A stretch of 64,000 nucleotides of DNA. Source: a bacterium. GTDB lineage: Bacteria; Bacteroidota; Rhodothermia; Balneolales; M1805. The stretch covers positions 605-64,604 of the forward strand of contig SBGQ01000018.1 in the NCBI GenBank assembly GCA_006226965.1, read 5' to 3'. The notes under the pieces are model-generated. The model was not told the DNA's origin and ran no database searches. It worked only from the letters and a program-made list of their open reading frames with translations. This document shows, one piece after another, positions 57,506-64,000 of this stretch. Numbering within the stretch: the stretch's first letter is position 1; each line of letters opens with the position of its first letter. Both the position numbers and the translations under genes were made by a program.

Positions 57506-59128
57506 ATGAATACCCTAAAAACTCAACGAAATCAACTGTTTGAGGATATTGAAAATCAAGAGTGGGATGTAGTAGTAATCGGAGCCGGTGCAACAGGTGC
57601 CGGAGTTGCTTTAGATGCAGCTAAGCGCGGACTAAAAACACTTTTGATTGATAAAGGGGATTTTGCAGGACAGACGTCCAGCGCTTCAACAAAACTTATT
57701 CATGGTGGTGTTCGATATCTAGAAAAAGCCGTAAAAGATTTGGATCCCGGACAATTGTCTTTGGTTTTTGAAGCGCTCCGCGAACGGTCAACGATGTTAA
57801 AACTAGCTCCGCATCTTACAGAAATTCGTCCGATAATCATCCCTTGTTACTCACTTATTGAATTGGCTTATTTCAAAACAGGAACCTTTTTTTACGACAA
57901 ATTAGCCCCATCGGATGACGATTTTCCTGATAGTAGAATGTTAACCAAAGATCAGGTTTTATCACTTGTTCCCGAACTGCAAAACGAACAATTAGCCGGA
58001 GGAATTTTATATACTGACGGGCAATTCGATGACGCAGCATATACACTTGAATTGGTAAAAACGGCGTCATTTTTCGGAGCACGAGTAATAAATTATGCCT
58101 CATGTCAGTCATTAGAAAAAGACTCAACAGGTAAAATTACTTCTGTTCATGTTTTTGATGAGATAAATCAAACCAAACATCTCATTAAAACACGATTTAC
58201 GGTGAATTGTGCGGGTCCATTTTCTGATCATGTGAGACAATTTGCAAAACCTGAAGCCACAGAAAGATTGCGTCCGTCACAGGGAATCCATCTGGTTTTC
58301 GATAGAGATTTATTAGGAGGAAACTCAGGATTTTTGATTCCAAAAACAGAAGATGGTAGATTGATTTTTGCACTACCATGGTTTGAAGGAGTTTTAATCG
58401 GTACTACTGAGAGAGAGATGCAAGATGAGGAAGATTACCATCAGATTTTTGAAGAGGATGTGCAGTATTTGTTAGAGTATCTGCAAAAGTACGTTTCTAA
58501 ACCAATCCATCGGACAGATATAAAAAGCATTTTAGTTGGAGTCCGCCCATTGGTTTCATCAGAAAAAGCAAATACATCCGAATTAATTCGAAACCACGAA
58601 ATTGAGCTGATTGAAGAGGCTCGATTTTTATCTGTTTTAGGTGGTAAGTGGACTACTTATCGTAAAATGGCAGAAGATGCAGTTGATGAAGTTTGTAAAC
58701 AGTTAACTATTGACGCAGATTCTGAAACCGAAGAAACGTTTTTAATGCACAGCCTTTCCTTTGATGAATACGAAGAGTTGATAAAAGAGTATCAGCTAGA
58801 TACAATTCTAAAAGATTATTTATTTAAATATGGGAAAGACGTTCTTAAGGTGTTGAGCTATTCAACAAATAAAAAAACTGAGAGAATTGACGCAAATTAC
58901 CCTTATATCTGGGAAGAAATCGATTATTCAATTGAGCATTCGTACGCATTAAAACCTTCTGATGTATTGGCAAGAAGAACACGAATTCAGTTTAGTAATG
59001 TTGAATTGGCAAAAAGGATTGCGCCTGAAGTGGTTAATCGATTAGCAAAATATCATGGCTATTCAGAAACAGAAAAACAAAAGATGCTGTCAGAATATTT
59101 GGCTACAGTGACTTACTCGTTTAAATAA
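57506..59128 (+). CDS. glpD: FAD-dependent glycerol-3-phosphate dehydrogenase
   Basis: 540 aa. DVVVIGAGATGAGVALDAAKRG, SSASTKLIHGGVRYLE and GGKWTTYR are GlpD blocks. Confidence 0.88.
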   Translation: MNTLKTQRNQLFEDIENQEWDVVVIGAGATGAGVALDAAKRGLKTLLIDKGDFAGQTSSASTKLIHGGVRYLEKAVKDLDPGQLSLVFEALRERSTMLKLAPHLTEIRPIIIPCYSLIELAYFKTGTFFYDKLAPSDDDFPDSRMLTKDQVLSLVPELQNEQLAGGILYTDGQFDDAAYTLELVKTASFFGARVINYASCQSLEKDSTGKITSVHVFDEINQTKHLIKTRFTVNCAGPFSDHVRQFAKPEATERLRPSQGIHLVFDRDLLGGNSGFLIPKTEDGRLIFALPWFEGVLIGTTEREMQDEEDYHQIFEEDVQYLLEYLQKYVSKPIHRTDIKSILVGVRPLVSSEKANTSELIRNHEIELIEEARFLSVLGGKWTTYRKMAEDAVDEVCKQLTIDADSETEETFLMHSLSFDEYEELIKEYQLDTILKDYLFKYGKDVLKVLSYSTNKKTERIDANYPYIWEEIDYSIEHSYALKPSDVLARRTRIQFSNVELAKRIAPEVVNRLAKYHGYSETEKQKMLSEYLATVTYSFK

Positions 59129-59862
59129 GCACTAAAAATACTTTCGAAATCTTCTAAAAGATTTTGTTTGATGGAAAGTGATGCGAATTCCGCCAAACAA
59201 TTTAAAATGACGATGGCATTCAAATTGGCGTCTTTTTCAAATAATCTGCCTAAGCGTTCACAGAATGTTTGATTTACAATTTTAATTTCATCATAAATAT
59301 CAGCCAAGCCTTCTAGCGTCCAATCCGGTTTTAAGCTTTTTCTGGAGCGCATATATTGAGCCATGAAATACATGGAAATTACCCGAAACAGATTTTCTTT
59401 GATGGAGGCAAATGGAAGATGATTTCTAACCATCGGGCGCAATTTATCTAAAACGGGGCAACCGCTTGTTACCATCACGATGCCCATTAAGGAACTCAAA
59501 CTATCCTGAATCGCCACTCGTTTTTTATAAATTCTATCGGGTGTAACAATGGTGACATCTGCTAATTCATAGGAAAATAAACCGGAAAAAAACTCGGTTA
59601 TATGCTTCATATTTAAAGCGATCGGGCAATAAGGAGTTACTTCTTTTGTAAGTGGGCAATTTGGGCACTGAGAAACTTCCAGCCTAGTCCAATCAGGAAA
59701 AGTAGAATGTTCAACTTGGATATCTAACGTATCAGGGTCTAAATCAATCGTAAATGATTTGGAAGTTCCGTCTTCTAAAACAAACGTATAATTGAAATAA
59801 AGCTTTTCGTCCTCAAAAGATTCCATGAATTGCAACTTAATGGCTTGTATATTGTAGTGCAA
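59113..59862 (-). CDS. Hypothetical protein with conserved Cys motifs
   Basis: 249 aa. It has CPNCP...YCP and SGCP motifs, and I recognise no family. Its 3' end overlaps the glpD 3' end by 16 nt. Confidence 0.5.
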   Translation of the reverse strand: MHYNIQAIKLQFMESFEDEKLYFNYTFVLEDGTSKSFTIDLDPDTLDIQVEHSTFPDWTRLEVSQCPNCPLTKEVTPYCPIALNMKHITEFFSGLFSYELADVTIVTPDRIYKKRVAIQDSLSSLMGIVMVTSGCPVLDKLRPMVRNHLPFASIKENLFRVISMYFMAQYMRSRKSLKPDWTLEGLADIYDEIKIVNQTFCERLGRLFEKDANLNAIVILNCLAEFASLSIKQNLLEDFESIFSAYLNE

Positions 59863-59912
59863 GTATATTCATCTAATTTGATGAAAACTATTGGAATTAA
59901 AAAATCTCGTAT

Positions 59913-60899
59913 ATGGCAAAACAAAATTTTTCAGAAATAAAAATGCCACCAGAATTTGAGCGTTATAAAAAAATTATCAAATATGCAGCGGTGGTTTTGT
60001 TGGGAGTAATTGTTGTGAGCACAACGTTTGTGACAGTCTCAACAGAAGAAAATGCAGTGGTTCTCCGCTTTGGAGAGTACCAAAGAACACTCGATCCAGG
60101 CTTAAGCTTCGTAATGCCTTTTGGTATTGAAAGAGTGTATAAAATTCCGGTTGAGCGTCAATTAAAATTAGAGTTTGGTTATCGCACCGAGCAAGCCGGA
60201 ACACGCTCCAGATATTCCAGTCGCGATTTCAAAGAGGAATCGCTGATGTTAACCGGAGATCTAAACTTAGCACAAGTTGAGTGGGTTGTTCAATATCGTA
60301 TTAATGACCCTTACCGCTTTTTGTTTAAAGTGAGAAATCCTGAAAAAACATTGGAAGACATGTCAGAATCTGCTATGCGCCAGATTGTTGGTGACAGAAC
60401 GGTTGATGAAGTGTTAACTATTGGTCGCCAGGAAGTAGCTATGCAAGTAGAGCAACTCCTTCAGGAAATGTGTATCGAATACGAAAACGGAATCAAAATT
60501 GAACAAATCGTTTTGCAGGATGTGAATCCGCCGGATCCGGTAAAACCATCGTTTAACGGTGTAAACGAAGCTCAGCAACAGCGCGAGCGTTTAATCAACG
60601 AGGCGAAAGCTGAATTCAATAAAGTGATTCCAAGTGCGAAAGGTGAAGCTCAGGAAAAAATTCAACAAGCTGAAGGTTACGCTTTTCAACGTATTAACGA
60701 ATCGAAAGGTGAAGTAGCTCGTTTTAATGCTTTGTATCAGGAATATGTAAAAGCACCTGAAATTACTAAACGACGCATGTACCTTGAAACCATGACTAAA
60801 ATTCTTCCGAAAATGGGTAATAAAGTTATTCTTGATGAAAAAGGAAGAAATGTACTTCCATTGCTTCAAATGCAAAATGGTAAAGGAGGTACAAAATGA
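59913..60899 (+). CDS. hflK: FtsH protease modulator HflK (SPFH/band-7)
   Basis: 328 aa with an N-terminal TM segment. The SPFH domain includes TGDLNLAQVEWVVQYRINDP, and the protein is paired with hflC. Confidence 0.9.
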   Translation: MAKQNFSEIKMPPEFERYKKIIKYAAVVLLGVIVVSTTFVTVSTEENAVVLRFGEYQRTLDPGLSFVMPFGIERVYKIPVERQLKLEFGYRTEQAGTRSRYSSRDFKEESLMLTGDLNLAQVEWVVQYRINDPYRFLFKVRNPEKTLEDMSESAMRQIVGDRTVDEVLTIGRQEVAMQVEQLLQEMCIEYENGIKIEQIVLQDVNPPDPVKPSFNGVNEAQQQRERLINEAKAEFNKVIPSAKGEAQEKIQQAEGYAFQRINESKGEVARFNALYQEYVKAPEITKRRMYLETMTKILPKMGNKVILDEKGRNVLPLLQMQNGKGGTK

Positions 60900-61840
60900 G
60901 ACAGTTTAGAACAACTCTAATCGGTGTTATCTTATTCATTGTTTTTCTAGTTGTAAACGCGTCTATTTTTATTGTAGATGAAACAGAGCAGGTAATAATT
61001 ACTCAGTTTGGTCAACCTGTAGGCCAAACAATTACAACGCCCGGAATTCATTTCAAAGTTCCTTTCATTCAAGATGCGAATGTGTTTGACAAACGTTATT
61101 TAGAATGGGACGGTGATCGCAATCAAGTTCCGACCAAAGACAAAAAATTCATTTTTGTGGATACCTATGCACGTTGGCAAATTACAGACCCTTTGCAGTT
61201 TTTCATTCGTTTGAAGGATGAAAGAGGTGCTCAATCCCGATTAGATGATATTTTGGATGGTGAAACTCGAAATGCAGTTGCAGCACACGACTTATTGGAA
61301 GTAGTTCGTTCAACAAACAGAACTCCTGTGCAAATCGAACTTATCAGCGATGAAATAGAAGCTCGATTAGATAGAATTGCAATCGGGCGTGATTCCATTC
61401 AGAAAATTGTGCTTAAAGCTGCAAACGAACGTTCAGCAGATCTCGGAATTAAAATTCTGGATTTCAGATTTAAACGAATCAAATACGTGGAAGAAGTTCA
61501 GCAACGTGTGTACGAACGTATGATTTCTGAACGTGTTCGAATTGCTGAAAAATTCCGTTCTGAAGGTCGCGGAGAAGCCAGTAAGATTTCGGGTGAACGT
61601 GAAAAAGAATTGGCTAAGATTTTATCCGATGCAGAACGTTTGGCAGCCGAAATTCGTGGTAAAGCCGACGCTGATGCTGCTGCTATTTATAACAATTCGT
61701 ATAACAAAAGCGCACAAAGCCGCGAATTGTATGAGTTCTTAAAAACAATGGAAGCCTACGAAGCTTCTTTCGATAAAGAAACTCAAATTATACTATCTAC
61801 GGAAAGCGAGTTTTATAAATACTTAAATCGCTTGAAATAA
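60896..61840 (+). CDS. hflC: FtsH protease modulator HflC (SPFH/band-7)
   Basis: 314 aa. It overlaps hflK by 4 nt and carries an SPFH domain (KFIFVDTYARWQITDPLQFF). Confidence 0.9.
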   Translation: MRQFRTTLIGVILFIVFLVVNASIFIVDETEQVIITQFGQPVGQTITTPGIHFKVPFIQDANVFDKRYLEWDGDRNQVPTKDKKFIFVDTYARWQITDPLQFFIRLKDERGAQSRLDDILDGETRNAVAAHDLLEVVRSTNRTPVQIELISDEIEARLDRIAIGRDSIQKIVLKAANERSADLGIKILDFRFKRIKYVEEVQQRVYERMISERVRIAEKFRSEGRGEASKISGEREKELAKILSDAERLAAEIRGKADADAAAIYNNSYNKSAQSRELYEFLKTMEAYEASFDKETQIILSTESEFYKYLNRLK

Positions 61841-61850
61841 CTCAGGAATT

Positions 61851-61887
61851 AAAAAAGGCTTACTCAGAAATGTGTAAGCCTTTTTTG
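61851..61887. terminator. Bidirectional terminator between hflC and the ABC1 kinase gene
   Basis: GGCTTAC (61857-61863) pairs with GTAAGCC (61874-61880). It is flanked by A6 upstream and T6 downstream. Confidence 0.7.
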
Positions 61888-61915
61888 TTTAAATACGAAC
61901 CTTGAAGTTTGTGAC

Positions 61916-63235
61916 TTAGGACTCAATATCAGCGAAAGTATCCAAATAGGAAGTCAGTTTTTGAATACTTTGTTTCGTTTTGATTTCCGCTTTTAGCTCG
62001 AAAAGCATGTTGTATAAACCCATGTGTGTTCGGGTTGAATACAAAAAATGTCGCGAACCTACGGGCTCTTTGAAACTGGTTGCTTTTTTAAGTTGGTCGC
62101 TTATTTCTTGTCTGTATTCCGGATTATCAAATGAGAAAGAATCAACTTTATATGGTCTTATAAAGGTGTTTCCGAAAGATTTAAAAAAGGTGTAAAACGA
62201 TTCATCAACGCCGGCATGTTCATCATCAGAACGGATAAGCTCCAATTTTTTATAAAGTTTATGAAGATGTGCGTCATCATTATTGTCATGAAAAGGTAGT
62301 GCACTCATATATCCGTCAAAAAACTCTTTTGGAAAGTGTTTCATACACCCAAAATCAAGAATTCCGAGTTTTCCGTTTTCCATAAACATGTAATTTCCCG
62401 GATGCGCATCAGCATGGATGGTGCGACTTTCATTAATTTGGTTGTGGAAGAAATCCCAAAGTAATTGTCCGTAATGATTACGTTCCTCTTGATTCGGTTC
62501 CGCTTGAAGATATTCTTGTAGGTGTTTGCCTTCCAAAAAGGTCATTGTTAATACTTTTGAAGTAGAAAGTGAGGAAATAAAACGAGGTGTTTCAAAAAAG
62601 TCTGATGCATATGTAGCATGAAACGTTTCCATGCTGTTTCCTTCTAAGATGTAATCAGTTTCCTCTATAAGTCGGTCGCGAATTTCCTCAAAATAACTAT
62701 CTGTCTGCGCTGATTTAACAACTTGTTTAAAAATAGTTTTTGCCATTTTTAAATCACTTTGAATGGTTTCACGCACATTCGGATATTGAATTTTTACAGC
62801 TACTTTGCCGAAATCTTTATGATGTGCCACATGAACTTGTCCGATTGATGCTGCGGCAATGGCGTGTAAATCAAACGATTCAAATAGGTTTTCGGGATAA
62901 TCACCCAATTCTCTCTTAATGATAGTTCGAACTAATACCGGATTAATTGGCGGAACTTTATACTGTGCCTGACTCATCACATGTATAAACTCATCAGGTA
63001 AAATTCCGCTGTTATCTACGCTAATGCTTTGCGCAATTTTTAAAGCAGTTCCACGAAGTTGGGTAAATGCTTTGTACAATTCGTTGGCATTATTTCTGTG
63101 TAAGTCAGATGAATCCGTTTCTTTTTTTCGGATAACTCTGTCAAGATGATGTTTTGCGTAATTAGTGCCGACTTTTAAACCGGCTTTGGTAAAAATTTTA
63201 CCGCGTTCAAATTTGGATGACGGAAATTGGTCCAT
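61916..63235 (-). CDS. ABC1/UbiB-family atypical protein kinase
   Basis: 439 aa. It has the AASIGQVH and VAVKIQYP blocks and the HADAHPGNY catalytic-loop equivalent, all typical of ABC1/AarF. Confidence 0.85.
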   Translation of the reverse strand: MDQFPSSKFERGKIFTKAGLKVGTNYAKHHLDRVIRKKETDSSDLHRNNANELYKAFTQLRGTALKIAQSISVDNSGILPDEFIHVMSQAQYKVPPINPVLVRTIIKRELGDYPENLFESFDLHAIAAASIGQVHVAHHKDFGKVAVKIQYPNVRETIQSDLKMAKTIFKQVVKSAQTDSYFEEIRDRLIEETDYILEGNSMETFHATYASDFFETPRFISSLSTSKVLTMTFLEGKHLQEYLQAEPNQEERNHYGQLLWDFFHNQINESRTIHADAHPGNYMFMENGKLGILDFGCMKHFPKEFFDGYMSALPFHDNNDDAHLHKLYKKLELIRSDDEHAGVDESFYTFFKSFGNTFIRPYKVDSFSFDNPEYRQEISDQLKKATSFKEPVGSRHFLYSTRTHMGLYNMLFELKAEIKTKQSIQKLTSYLDTFADIES

Positions 63236-63238
63236 GTG

Positions 63239-63889
63239 TTAAAAAAGCCATTTCTTTAGAGAAAATTCTCCTTGTGAATACAAGGTTTTTAAATAATCAA
63301 AGCCTTTGTCCGGTAAGGTGTTGTGCAACGCAGAATCTAAAAAAGAAGCATATTTATCAATGCGTTCTGTCCATTGATCGGATTCTAATTCTTCGTTTAA
63401 ATCGAGCTTTAAGAAGTGTTCAACATCGCGAATCAATTGACCGAAAAAAATATCACCAATTAATAAATGAGCAGAAGCACTGATATTGGTGTCATGCTGA
63501 ATAAGTTCGTAAAAAATAGATTTTAATTCAGATTCTATTGCAGAGCTAAAAAAGATGCCGGACTCAATCACATTCAAGCCAATTTTTGAAAAAACAGGTT
63601 CTGATTTGAGTACATCAGCTAAAGAATAAATCCAATGGGCAAAACCTTCACCGAAAGACAAACTTTCGTACGCTTCAATCTCATTATTTTGCTCTGAAAT
63701 AACAGCAATGGCTTCTCTGAAAAAATCTTTCACTAATTCATCTGTATCCGAATAAACCTGAAGGATATCTTCATGTTCAATATCTAAATATGCAGCTAGT
63801 TCATTGGTTTCAGGAATAAAACCTTTTTCATTTGTAAAATTAATGGCTGCTTGTAGTAAATCTGATTTATTCATGATGTTGATTTTCAA
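63239..63889 (-). CDS. Hypothetical helical protein (weak TetR-like N-terminus)
   Basis: 216 aa, ending 3 nt upstream of the ABC1 kinase start. The N-terminal LLQAAINFTNEKGF hints at a TetR-type HTH, but the rest is not diagnostic. Confidence 0.35.
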   Translation of the reverse strand: MKINIMNKSDLLQAAINFTNEKGFIPETNELAAYLDIEHEDILQVYSDTDELVKDFFREAIAVISEQNNEIEAYESLSFGEGFAHWIYSLADVLKSEPVFSKIGLNVIESGIFFSSAIESELKSIFYELIQHDTNISASAHLLIGDIFFGQLIRDVEHFLKLDLNEELESDQWTERIDKYASFLDSALHNTLPDKGFDYLKTLYSQGEFSLKKWLF

Positions 63890-64000
63890 ATTTGTATTAT
63901 GAAACGAAATAAATAGCTTGAATCGTTCGGCTTAGTTACGAAAAAAGTTTTTTAATGTTTGTGATTTATGAAAACGGAATCAAATCAATTCGAATATAAA

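Noticed and set aside
63968-64000. A possible plus-strand gene start (ATG AAA ACG GAA ...) at the right edge of the window.
   Set aside because: Only 11 codons are visible, which is too few to call.

Overview
This is a 64-kb chromosomal window from a moderately AT-rich bacterium, probably a member of the FCB group (Bacteroidota, Ignavibacteriota or Balneolota-like). The assignment rests on two secreted proteins with very similar type-9-secretion (T9SS) C-terminal tails: NPFNP.T ... GVY.Y.L ... KMTLLK. Most of the window is core metabolism and housekeeping. That includes kynA plus a kynureninase-like gene, recA-recX, purN, maeB, proBA, plsC, hisC, ribBA, yajC, glpD and hflKC, along with an M1 peptidase, an AsmA-like protein, an ABC1 kinase and one tRNA(CAT). 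I found no transposase, integrase, CRISPR array or rRNA.

The most unusual region is a co-directional, tightly packed six-gene minus-strand block at 22905-34924, downstream of a Crp/Fnr regulator. Every product starts with a signal peptide or signal anchor. Five of the six have at most weak domain hints. The last is a 1796-aa T9SS-tailed protein with five novel N-terminal repeats, seven FG-GAP/VCBS-like repeats and four cadherin-like modules. A sigma-54-like -24/-12 element sits directly upstream of the block.

Other items worth a second look:
- A compact promoter, four-hairpin and terminator unit (candidate sRNA or attenuator) that abuts an AT-rich orphan NYN-domain gene.
- An (ATCCGAC)x11 microsatellite inside a 513-bp spacer upstream of a two-gene pair resembling TIGR03546/TIGR03545.
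- An overlapping pair encoding a receiver domain and a trypsin-like lipoprotein.
- Several perfect palindromes in regulatory positions.

All functional calls come from motif recognition by eye. No searches were run.
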